Below, piece by piece: positions 25,599-37,935 of a stretch of 64,000 nt of DNA (positions are counted from its first letter, which is position 1; every line of letters starts with the position of its first letter). The stretch lies in assembly GCA_040954595.2 (NCBI GenBank), contig CM082585.2:12342127-12406126 (forward strand), in the 5' to 3' direction. Source of the DNA: Balanoglossus misakiensis. Lineage: Eukaryota > Animalia > Hemichordata. The notes under the pieces were generated by a model, which worked only from the letters and a program-made list of their open reading frames with translations, was not told where the DNA came from and did no database searches. Position numbers and translations under genes: made by a program.

Positions 25599-28500
25599 TT
25601 AATACCTGGAAATAAAGAAAAGGAACACATTTTGTGAATATCAAACGTAAATTGCAGGCCGCATAGTACTATAATGACATGTTCTGGAACAATGATCTAG
25701 GAACCTCCTCCATAACACCCTGCTAAGAGCTAACGGGACCCTTTATATCAATTCATGACAGACAGAAAGTGTCAACTGTCTATCATGTAACACACTCATT
25801 TAAATCTCAAGGCCATTTCGCAAGTTCTTGCAGAAATTTAAAGTATTTTTTGCAGTCATGCATGCTACTAGTTTTAAAATCCAAATTGCCTGAAAGTCTT
25901 TACATTTACAATTTCAAATATTACTGACCTGTAAGAACTACTTCTGTCACGGTCATAGCTTCTGGATCCACCACCACCACCGCTATAACCACCTGATCTT
26001 CCTCCACCTCCATAACTTCCACCACCACCACCTCTTCCTCCCCCGTAACTGCCTCCTCCTCCGTAACTGCCACCTCCTCCTCCGTAGCCTCCACCGCTAC
26101 CATAGCTACTCCTTCCTCCTCCTCCATATCCACCGCCGCTCCTGTTGTCTCGGTAACGGTCTCCACCGCCAAAATCTCCCCTTCCGCCACCACTTGGCCG
26201 CGTCTTCCTGGCATGTTGTACCACCAAAGATCCACCATCAAAGTCCTACAAAAAAAAAAGTTGCAGGTTACTTTCAGTTCTAGGACAGTTACCCCTGGGA
26301 TATTAACCCACAACACGCTCACGCCAATCCTAACCCTAACTGATGGGATGGGTTAGGGAATGTTCAGGGGCTGTCTATCTTGAAAATGATATGTTACTTT
26401 GCAGCCAACAAATGGTTTGATTGTTGGAATCCAGGCTTTGAGTTTGTTCTTGACTTGGTTAATTAAGTTGTGAATAAATGTCATTCATTATTTTCATCCA
26501 ATGTTAGGTCTGAATTAAAATTGGCGAGTCAAATCACACTTTACCTTGCCATCAAGAGCGTCTTTAGCCAGCGATGCATCATCTGAGCTTTCATATTTCA
26601 CAAATGCAAATCCACGTGACCGTCCAGAAACTCTGTCTTTGATAAGAAAAACTACAGACGTAACAGAAAGGAAAAAAAGTAATAAATTATGGGTCAGCGA
26701 GGGGTCCACCAGCATGGCCAGGGAGAGCTCCATATATCAAGTACCATGAAAATAATGACAAACCAAACACATTCAGTAATAATCTTATCCCATAAACACA
26801 ATTATTCTCACCATCGTCAACTCTTCCATATTTGCTGGCCTCTTTCTCAAGGATGTCTTCATTTGTGTCTTCACTAAGACCACCAATGTAAAGCTTGTAC
26901 GGATCACCATCAGACCTAATTGAACAAGATGTTTTGAAACTATTTTCTTTCTTGAATGACAAGATTTCTGGCATATAACATGACAAACCTTAACACAGCA
27001 GTACTTCTCATCTTGTAAGTATATATTAGTGCCTTCAGCAGTGAAAGTCAACTGGCAGCTATTTTAAAGTGAACGAATGTTACTGCCAACAGGAATGACA
27101 AAATTTGTGGTTAAAATTTCTGATTTACCTTCCACCACCACCACCACCTCCATAAGATCGGCCACCACCGCCGCCGCCACCACCTCCATCTCTAGACTCT
27201 TTCCTTGCATAGCCAACAGTCACAGGTCTTCCATCTAGGGTCTGGTCAAATGATAAAGAAGAAAACGCCAGTTAGCCAGGTGAACAGATTATGTCAAACC
27301 GTGATCCAGACAGACTGTCCATAGTACGAATCCACTGCAGTATTCTCCATCAGACCCTTTCACCCCTAGTTCCCTGTATACAGGTCCAACTTTACCATAG
27401 AATACAATGGACTTGGACCAAACCATGGTGGTGAAAGGGAGTAGGTTTTCGCAGACAACATTGTTTTTAAACGGCAACTAACTTCCACGATTGTTTATAC
27501 CCAATTCTGGTAAAGTGCAACTGATCTCCATAATTTTGTTCATCAGTGGTATAAAGAAAACAAACTTGTATAACGCTTTCAAGGAATTTAATTCAGTCTG
27601 TGATTTTGAATAATGGGGAGAACACTGCAAACAAATTCAATACGTCCTATTTGAGGGAAGAAATATCTGGTTCATCATGGGGGGGGGGGAAATGTCCCCT
27701 GAAATGAGTGTGTCAATATGAATTCATACAGAGTATAGATATGGGTATCATTGGAATAAACCATTCTCTGTCTAACTGGCAATTGTTATCCCTCCCTGCT
27801 TCCCATATGATATCTTGGTAGTGCCCCATCAACTACCTCCCCTTAAAAAGAAATTAAAATCCAAATGAGCTGTAATGACATGAAATTTCCTGAAAGATTC
27901 ACAGCTGCATATACAAAAGCACCTAAGACACACATGCTTCTTTTGTAACCACAAAAGTGTGACGAAATTTCCAGTTTTGTGGTTTTCATATCATAAAATA
28001 CAGTTCATGTCTGATTCAATCAGACTTGCGAAACAAATGCCTGGAAGTGTGTACAAGATCCTATCTGCTAAACGTGAACGTCACAGATGGTAAGCAGCCT
28101 GTGCATTGACAAACTTAAGAGTAACATTCAGAAAATATCAAGTGACTACAGCTCCAAGTGGCAGAAATAGTTACCAAAATCTTCTGTTTCCATAAGCTAA
28201 TATTTTCCCATTGTACTTACAAGCCAAGCGTGGTACCACCAACTTCAGTGCTCCACCGCACTACGTTTCCATATTTAGTGACAAGGGCTTAAAAATTATG
28301 ATTCCCACTGATCAGCCACAGAAAAACTAGAGACTGAGGTCTGTATGGCAAGCGACAGAATGCCTGAAGTTGTATGTGTTTGAATACAAGAGTACTTCTG
28401 GCTTGTGAGAGTTTAGGAAAGCAATTACGATTTACCCTGTTGAAATTACAATAAAATAGATAATTTTATTGATTGTGGACAGACCCATGGGACTTATTTC

Positions 28501-30051
28501 AGAATTCTCTTCTTTGGAAGTGTTGACAGATTTCTTGTTTAGCCCTCTGAGAAGAACGTAACCTTCATGACTTGACTTTTTCTCTACCAACTACTGAATT
28601 TCTTGGCTACTTTATGCAACTTTCTACAATCTTCCAGCGTAAAAAGTACAGCATTAATTAAGAACTGTAAACCCTGCTTTGCATATTTCATTTAAAATTA
28701 TTCTGGTAGGACAGTCATATCACTGAAGATTACATTACTCCACAAAAATAAATGTAAAAGGAATTTTTCTTAATATTTTCCAAATATTTTTTTTTCATGC
28801 AATCAATCAGACCAACAGAATGGCTGGGTAAGCCATATAGTATCAAGTAACTTCTGTATATGAGAGGATGAAATGAACCTTTCCCACAAGGATTTAAGCT
28901 CTCTTTTTGGTGGGGTCTATTTTAGAAACATAGTGCCACAAAAAAATGCACAAAATTTGCATTTGTTTAAGCATTGGTTCCACATAACACCACATGAGCA
29001 ACTTTGTTGGCATATAATACCACAATTGCAGATATGAATATACTGTGTACACTAAAAACACAAAACCACAGCACATTGTAAATAACTTTGAATTGACGGG
29101 AAAAAGAAAGACAAACCTTTCCGTTCATTTCATCTATGGCAGCACTTGCATCGTCAGGATTTTCAAAAGTTACAAAGCCAAAGCCACGGGACTTGCCAGT
29201 AAATTTATCTTTAACCACCATCGCTTTGAAATAATATAAGTGGGAAGAATGTTAACATATCTATTTTATGAATGAAATATCAAAGTTAGCATAAAAACCA
29301 GATTAATCCCAAGGTCACACCAATCTCAACCTAATTACACAATATTTCACTCAATGTCAAAGCAATGGTATCACTTGCAGCATTTTTCAACTCCACCCAT
29401 TTTTATCAATTACTAATGTTTGATATCAGTATCATACAGTAACACATACATGTATTTATCAATGATTACTCCAATACCTGCAGAGGAACAAGAGTCCACA
29501 CTGAACTGTCTACAAATGACAAAATTGTGCAAAAATCTGATCTTACCTTGTGAAGATACCAGTAGATGTTCAATGTCTTTTGTACATGAACATTACATAC
29601 CCTTATTTCAAAGTATGTGGTACATACACTAACATTCATCTTGTCGTGAGCATCTCAAATTAGGTAACATACCTCTATTTTTAAATGCAGCACATGTCAC
29701 CAATTTTGTGTTTAACGATTGCATAGTATGGGTAATAAAAAATGCTAGACTAGACTCTGACTGCCATCAAATTTGCAGTATTAGTACACAAATACAGTTC
29801 AACATGATTTCAGTTTAGATAGATGGTGCTGTACAAAGATATTGGTCGATTTAATCATGCAATGTCAATATCAGTTTGTTTTGCTTATTGTTTATGCTGG
29901 TTTTTGTGTTAATTTCAAGGGATTCACTGTCATCCATATAACACATACCCTCTGCGATACAGCCATATTTCGCCATCTCCATTTCCAACGCCATGTCATC
30001 AGTGCTGTAGCTCAGGCCACCTACATACAATTTTGCGCCGTCCTGCGACAT
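25599..30051 (-). CDS. Two-RRM glycine-rich RNA-binding protein, CIRBP/RBM3/RBMX family (paralogue 2)
   Basis: 30051-29949 [30 protein letters not shown]; ~29223-29117 [18 protein letters not shown]; ~27242-27129; ~26914-26812 [10 protein letters not shown]; ~26651-26545 [18 protein letters not shown]; ~26245-25929 Gly-rich tail; final exon 25605-25599 completes R-Y-stop. Confidence 0.88.
27354..27440. mobile_element. ~90-bp mini inverted-repeat element, copy 2
   Basis: ACCCTTTCACCCC...GGTGGTGAAAGGG, with the same ends and length as 17304-17397. Confidence 0.55.
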
Positions 30052-30769
30052 TTTCCTTACTTCTGTGTTGTTCAAACCTGTGAACTACAAAAATAATGCA
30101 TTCTTTTAACCGAAGAAAATTTAGTATTTCCACCAAGTATCAAAAGAAAAAGATGGCGCTATGCTAATAGTATTAATGATTGATGCTAAGCTATGCCAGC
30201 ATGGTACAGGATACTTCCCAGATCATACGTGTAACCGCGCATTTGGCGTCATCATATTTATATTCCAGCGGTATTATCGAACTCCATGGACATGAAAACA
30301 CGGGCTTTTTCCTAGATCCCACACTAACTGTGGTGCAAAAAAACGTGGAATACATCCAAAATGCTCGTGATATAAGTCACGTGATGCAGACCACGACTCG
30401 ACCTCGGAAAAAAATCTGTACGAAGTTCAACAATGGACGACACATGAAATTGGACAAGGAATCATCACGTTGCATATTTTAAGTAAAATACCAAAGTATA
30501 ATATACTCTTTTGATTTCTCCCGCGACAGTGTTTGTCGCAAACGTCATTTTTAAATGGTTTCTAGAGGGAGCACATGCATGCTGACTTCAAACGCAGAAC
30601 GGCGTGTTCATCACGCATCTTTTTTTACCCCACTGCACGATCATTGTTTCACGCGAATGGAACCAGCTCAGACATTATTTTCGGTATTTTTGATACCCAG
30701 TGCAATAGAGATCTAATTATAATCACTTAATTGTGCGATTTTTCAACAATTAGAGTCGTGAAATCTTAC

Positions 30770-30930
30770 CTGTATTACAAGTCTAGCACGAACAGTCAGT
30801 CACGATTGCTCACTGAAAATGCGTCATAAAATGGCGGTCTTTGTGCTGAGTTTACGACGAATAAGGGTGGAGCATCCAGCCAATGGCATTTAGAGAAATG
30901 GATCACGTGGTACAACCAGACAGCACGTCA
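30770..30930 (-). promoter_or_regulatory. Non-coding exon 1 and promoter of two-RRM paralogue 2
   Basis: Donor CAG|GTAAG at ~30769. YY1-type CCGCCATTTT at ~30828-30837, CCAAT at ~30880, E-box TCACGTGG at ~30903. CpG-rich over ~30150-30930. Confidence 0.55.
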
Positions 30931-33235
30931 CTTGAATGATTACCATAGATTGGGGGGGGGGGGGGGGGTTGATGAAAGAAGCCATACTGGCCACACCCTT
31001 CTAGATTCTGTAGGGGCTATACGACTTCGATCAAAGTTATCACTAATCACTATCCAATAATCACAAGGAAATATATTCCACGAGTCACATTCATTTACGG
31101 ACGAACCCATTTATTACTTACACGACCAGTTAGTGATATGTTTTTCAAACAATCACACATTTTGATTCTGCAAGAATTTTGGCAATGGTATTTCTGGCTC
31201 TAATATGGTAAACTTGTGTCAAGAACATTTTACTTGGACTGTTTCACAGTCCAGCATATTTTGTTAACTTTTAGCTGCATGCCATGGATGTGTAGTTGAA
31301 GTGACTGAAAATTTACTGCATTTTTGTCCAATTATTGTATAGTTCATTTTCCATCAACTTACATCTACTGTATTTGTCTCTACTTACAGGGCACAGAAGA
31401 AAACTCGAAGCCAATTAGACCAAACAAGTCATCTGAGAGCCATTAATGATAGTCTTAACATACAATCTGTTTTTGACCATAAAGATAATATTATTACCAA
31501 ATAGATTACAATTTATTTTCTCATGGTGTGTATACTAAGTATGAATGAAGACATTCAACTCTGCACACTTCATTCAGCATGTTTTCAAGACCAGTCTAAA
31601 GTTAGACCTTCAGGTATTTGGAAATGATTGCACTCTGAACGATTATCTACTGTCAGGTATTTAGTTCAACTAAAGACTTTTTTTTAAATTCATGTGTATT
31701 TTGTCATATTGTTGTTTCCTGAAATGTATGTAGTTCATATTGGACATAGACTGGTTGAATACTGAACTAGTCCTTGATCAGTTTTATTCATGTGTATTCT
31801 TCATGTATAAGTACACGGTTTGTATTAAACTGCCAAATTTGAAAAACACCCAACAGAATGTAATGCATTTCTTGTTGACTACAACATCACAGCATTATGT
31901 CAAACTCTCTACCTACACAGACTAACTGTTCTTCTGTTACTGGCAGATTAGTTATATGGCAATAAAAACTGAGCCTGTCTCTACAGCTGATTTTAATCGT
32001 CAATAAATAGTGATTATTACAGCAATTATGCAGTTGGGTTGAATGGTGATTCAAAGAAGGTATCGAACAAAGTCTTTGCAGGCTAATGTTTAAGATTAAA
32101 GTACAAAAAATGGACAATACATTTTTCATGGTCAAATTTATTGAACTTAAAGCTGCCAACATTTTTACAGGAGAAAATTGGGAAAAGCACTGTTGGCAAC
32201 ATTCTAAAGGCAACTGTCAAGCATACTTAAATATTTATTCTTCACACATAACTACCACCACAGACTACAGACATTTGCCCAAATTGTCTACCTACTACAG
32301 TACAATACAGAGAACGCAAACTACTGTATGTTGAAGCAAAAATTATTTATCAGTAGAGAAAAAAGAATATGTTGTTTAAGATATTACATACAAGGTATTT
32401 ACAGATATAACCCTAGAGCAAAATCATTCTCAAAAAAAAATTGAATACTGGAAAAATGTTCGTCCATAAAATTTTTCCCGTCTTTCTCTAGTTTTAGACA
32501 AAATAATACAGAATACAAAATCCATCCCCTCTTCCAGGTTTCATTACATGCAATGAATTTTTTTATAAATAGTGGTGCTACATTTTAAAGAGCTACACTA
32601 TCAAAACAAATTATCAAAGAGACATGTTCTGCATTTCATCAGAGCTATCTAAAATGAGCTGACAAATGACCACCTTCCTCTTTGCAATTTTGACTAAAAC
32701 CATACAACACCGAGGTGGACTTCTCAGTAGACTTTATTTCATGATTGCTTCACTGTCTCAGGCTGTAGTTAGGAAAGATGAAAACTGATATGCTATTAGC
32801 TGTAACCCTCTATTAATATTACGAACATGCAAACAAAAATGAGCGAAATTTAACTTGCTATAAGATTCGTCTCAACCACACATAAGTATTCTGGTATCCT
32901 ATGTGCTATGGGTACATTATATGATCACACTATAATTTATTTTTCATATCTGACTATACATTTTCATTGGCTGAAAGAAAGTACCACCAACTGTTTAGGC
33001 CAATCATAGCAGTTAAAACAAAAGGGGAAGGGTTAATAATGCAAGAACCTAAAATGTATGATCATATTTGAAAGTTTGAGTAGTCTTCCAATACTTCTGT
33101 TCAATGTCTTTCTTCTGTCTGTTTTTGTCCAGTGTAATTTTCCTTCAATTTGTTGACTTTACAATGTATGTTATCCCAAAGGGAAAAGTTCATGTAGACA
33201 ATCTAAAATATCTGTCAGACCTCAATATCTCAGTG

Positions 33236-36200
33236 TCACAAAAAAGGATTCCCTGTTGTGTTCCTGGCAGCAAATTGGCTTTGTCCTCCAGACTGCAGAA
33301 TAAAAAAAGGAAAATGTATGTCAAATTAACAACCTGGGCTACACTTGTATTAGATAATAATGTTCATAGACAGTTTGTCATAAGAAGAGTATCAGATGTT
33401 TTAACATAATACAATAGCTCACCATAAAAGGGTTTGCATTCATCTGTTGAGGTTGGGTAGGTTGTGCCCATCCACCAAATTGTTGTTGTTGTTGCTGTAG
33501 TTGTTGTTGACCCATCTTGGCAAACTGATTACTAGCCATGGCTGTAGTACCAGCACCACCAAAACTGAGATTCTGTTGAGGCTGTTGCTGGGGTTGACCA
33601 AACCCTCCCATTGAACCTCCAAAACTACCCTGACCTCCAACATGTCCAAAACCAGACTGTTGCACTCCAAATCCTCCTGCATGTTGTTGTCCAAAACCAC
33701 CAGACTGCTGTGTTCCAAATCCTCCACCTTGTTGTTGCGGCTGTTGTCCAAACATGCCTGGCTGTTGTGTTCCATAACCTGTTCCAGTCATCTGTCCGTA
33801 CGATCCATTTGCTTGTCCAAAGCCCGGTCCAGATGATTGGGCTAAGAACGGATTTGCTGTTGGTTGTCCAAATCCACTGCTGGTAGCTGGTGACCCTTGC
33901 TGGCTGAATCCACTTGCTGCTGATGTTGCCATGAATGGATTTGTAGAACCTGCAGGAGGAGAGAGTCATATATTCTTAATCATCCTCTTGACTATGTGGT
34001 ATCACAACCAAGAGAATACCCGAGTGGCTAGACCAATTACATCTTGCACATTTAGAGTTATACAGGTGACAATATACCTCATGAGGTTTTTTTCTTTCAT
34101 GAATAGAAGCGAAGAGCCACAATAAGCATGTTTTTAGTTCTGTGAATACTTTTGGATTTTAAAAGAGGATGACAGTTTCTTGTAACCACGGATGAATATG
34201 GAGACTCATCATTATTGTTTACTCAACACCTACCTCCTCCTCCTCCTACATTTCCCATGCTCCCACTGCTTGTCATTGTAGATCCTCCAGCCCATGATGT
34301 CGTGCCCATGTTGCCTAGACTAGCAGACTGAGGCACTGCTGATGATACAACACCACCGCTACTGGAACCAAACATCCCTCCTGATGAGGGCGGTGTTCCA
34401 GCCCAGTTTATGCTACTAGTTGTGTCATGGAACAATGTGTCTAGCTCAGAGAGAGCAGCATATTTATCACCTCTGCGATGTTGAGAAGTTGTAGCAATGG
34501 GTGCTGATGACACATTGGGTCCAAAGTTGTTTTGTTGTGCACCACTTCTTTGTCCAGGCTGTAAGATGCCTAAAATTTAAATACACACAGTCACACTGAA
34601 GGTTTGCCATTATTTTACTTGGATAGTGTTTAGTGTGGAACCAGGTTGTTACACATATGAATGTTTATTCTGAAACATTTTACATTGAATCTGGAGGTAA
34701 AGGGGCAGTTGGTTACATTGGCACAAAGTAATTGGCATTACAAAAAGCACAGCAGAAAACAATATGAACATAAATCAAACTAGTAGAATGAGTGAGACTT
34801 ACTGTTGCTAGATGGTGGTGGAGGAAATACAGCAGGGATTGGTGACTGGTTAGCAGATGAAGTGGTTACTGTATCAGCTGATAGTAGGACCTGGGAAGGT
34901 CCAAGTGCTTCCCCTGAACCAAAGGGAGTGTCAGTAGCTAGATGGAAGACCACATTGGAATGAGAAATAGCCTTTTTTTCAAACCCCTACCTAGCCACCA
35001 CCAGCTTGCATGGAAAATATCCTTCATATGCCAATTTTGAAAGTAATGGGCTAACCTTGTCAGCTCTTGCTAATAAGGCTAGTCCATTAACCAAGTGTGT
35101 GGGTTGGAAGGATTTAAATATCAGATAAAGGATCTGAATTAAAACAGGAATTATTATTGCATGCATTTCCTACACAAAGATGGGTTCATGGGCTAAAGGC
35201 TGGCATGCAAAGCAGATTGTGTTGTTAGCTAAGCAAAAAAAAATGAGATGGCCACTGCCATTCAGCATACACATGCTCCATCAAAGTAGCTGAGATGCCC
35301 AATTTTTCACCTTCCAGATTACCCAATAATACTGACAATTAATAGTGAATGTCTTCTGAGTCTTGTTAGGTATGTTAATAATATGCTATCCCCTGATCAA
35401 ACATATGCAAAAGAAAATACTTCGATACTTAGTTTCTCAAACCTTGCGTAAAATACTAGAAAATGTCACATTGACTTGGCATATGCCACAAAGTAATAAC
35501 AAAATATTTAATTTAACTACTGAGTCAAGGTGAAATGCGTGGGGTTTTGTGTATGGGGTGATCATTTTGAAAAAAAAAAACAGAAAAGATGTTGGAAGAG
35601 TATAGGTATTCAGATAACTTACCACCTCCCCCTGAAAAAGCTGGTGTTGATGTTGGCTGATTGAAACCAGCAGAGGATGCTGGGTGTTGTCCAAAGGAAG
35701 CTGAAGACTGTTGACTAAAGGCTGATCCAAAGTCTGCAAAACCTCCCCCTGGATAATTAAACAATGTTTGACCTTTTTACATTATATCATATTATTGTGA
35801 TTAGTTTGGTAAATTTTTGCTCCAGTGACCATGCAGTGCATTAAGATGGGACACACATATCTTTTTGCCTCTGGCTGTGGGTCCTTTTGGGACATTACAC
35901 CCCACTTTGGACATACCTTGCTCAGCTAGCGAAGTTATTCCCTACCTTGAGATTGTTGTCCAGATCCAAATGGATCAAAATGACTCTGTTGTTGTTGTGG
36001 TTGTTGTTGTTGTTGCTGCTGGCTTGTCCCAAAAGCTTCAAAACTACTTGACTGGGTTTGCTGTTGCTGTGATCCAAATCCAGATCCAAATGGATCCCCA
36101 CCAAGTTCCCCCAGTAGATCCACTGATGGTTTAGTCTGCTGGGGTTGAGCTGGTTGGTTAATTGATGTCGGTGGTTGTGATACTCTCACTGCAGCTGGAA

Positions 36201-36352
36201 TACTATGCGAGGGAGACTGAAGAACAAAATCACCTGTTGGGTAGTTATTACTTAAACAAACATATTGGACGACATGACAAAATAACACTGATGTGCATAC
36301 ATGTATGTCTGAGAGAAATCAGTTCAGGCATGTCCATGAAATGGCTCTTGGC

Positions 36353-36399
<47 letters not shown>

Positions 36400-37935
36400 G
36401 ACATGCATGAAAACATGGAAGCTGTCTTCCCTAGCATTAAATTCCTATGTTGTGTACTCACCTGGGAATTGTTAACTTGTAATGATGGTGCATCTTTTCC
36501 TAATAACTGTTTCAGTGGTTTTGGCTCAGGGGTTTCACTGGCGGTGTTCTTTTGTTTCTGTGATGCAAGCACTGCAGCCTGTTCAGGTGGCACATACCAC
36601 CGTTTTCTCTCATATTTCTGTGCCATAAAATCTTTAACTTTCTGTTCATCTCTTGACTCAGGTTCAGCTGATGAGCGGGCATCCCACAAACCCAGCCATA
36701 TGAGACGACAAAACTAGAAAAGTAGAAAATGTTAGAATTAGAATTGCAGAGCAGTCTCTAAATTAATTCACTTTCACTGGGTACAAGAAGTTTAAGCACC
36801 TCGTAAATCAGTGCACTATCCATTGACTGGTTATATTATCTTGTTCCCTACCTCATTTCCTTTCTGTTGGAGGAATTCCATTTCTGTTGGTGTGTAACTG
36901 GCCATGGAAATGGATTTGACTCTATGTGGAGGATTCAAGCCACGTCTGTACAAGGAAAAAGAAATGTTGAAAGATGACATGTTCAACTCTAGCCATTATC
37001 TACATCACTGAGTGTCTATATTCTTTGTTACTGTGACACCTTGGATGGACAGTTATTTGTACATGCATTTCTAATTGTATGGCAGAGAGGCAATGCAGCT
37101 ACTAGCTAACTGTACAAGCTATTATTGTGTATGTCCATTTCATTGTTTGTTGATATCCACACTATCAGCAGATGTGATAAAACCATCAGTGTGTCTCAGA
37201 GGACACATTATAAAACCAATTTGGTACAATGTTTGGTGTGAATCGCTCCATTTTAAGATTGACGATGAGTATGATCGCATGTAAGAACGTGGAACCAATC
37301 TGTAGACCAGACATCAAATAAATATCCACACGACATTCGATTTCCTCTCCATTTGTTAGTTTTACATCAATTATACTTTACCTATGATGCGCGTATTTCT
37401 ACAAAACCGTATATAATCACAATCAATCCGTTTGTCACCCACGTGTGTTAAAAATTACTAGACTAGTTCTGTCGACGTCAAACGATCAACTCACTCATGT
37501 CATCCATGCTGATTGCATGGAAGATTTCGGTATAACGATTTTTTTTCATGAACGAATAAAACCGTATAATGAATCCACGAGCAAATCCTGTGTTATGAAG
37601 TATACATTTTTGGGTACACCGATACGCCAAATATTCTACCAGTCCAAGTGGACTGGTGGTGTTGTTCCATAGGGATCCACCCTCTCTCGATCGCCATTCA
37701 CAAGCAGACAACACCGGCTATGACTGGACTGGCATGACTGGTACATGGTCCCGGTCAAATTACGACGTACTTACAGGATTCCGCTGCAGGTCGTACAAAC
37801 GAACGATCCTATCGTCATATTGACGTACGTTGGACCCCTCTGACCGCAATCAAAACATTTCTTATTTGGCTCTTGAGCCACCATTTCCCTCAACATCTTC
37901 AAATGCTTTTCATCCTGCTTCCTTTTGGACGCCAT
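33236..37935 (-). CDS. AGFG1: ArfGAP with FG repeats (AGFG1/HRB/drongo-like)
   Basis: Exon 1 MASKRKQDEKHLKMLRE..CFDCGQRGPTYVNMTIGSFVCTTCSGIL (ArfGAP zinc finger); then RGLNPPHRVKSISM, KYERKRWYVP, DKYAALSELD, FG and NPF repeats. Last exon ends GNPFL-TGA at 33238-33236. Confidence 0.93.
36355..36397. repeat. (CA)n microsatellite in an AGFG1 intron
   Basis: About 21 uninterrupted AC units. Confidence 0.95.

Noticed and set aside
27593-27679. Box C/D snoRNA candidate (ATGATGA...CTGA on minus, ~87 nt) in paralogue 2 intron 3
   Set aside because: There is no terminal stem, no clear C'/D' boxes and only ~8 nt of possible 18S complementarity. A snoscan or Infernal run would be needed.
30952-30968. 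Run of ~17 G upstream of paralogue 2
   Set aside because: Similar homopolymers occur elsewhere (~24954, ~27679) and there is no evidence of function.
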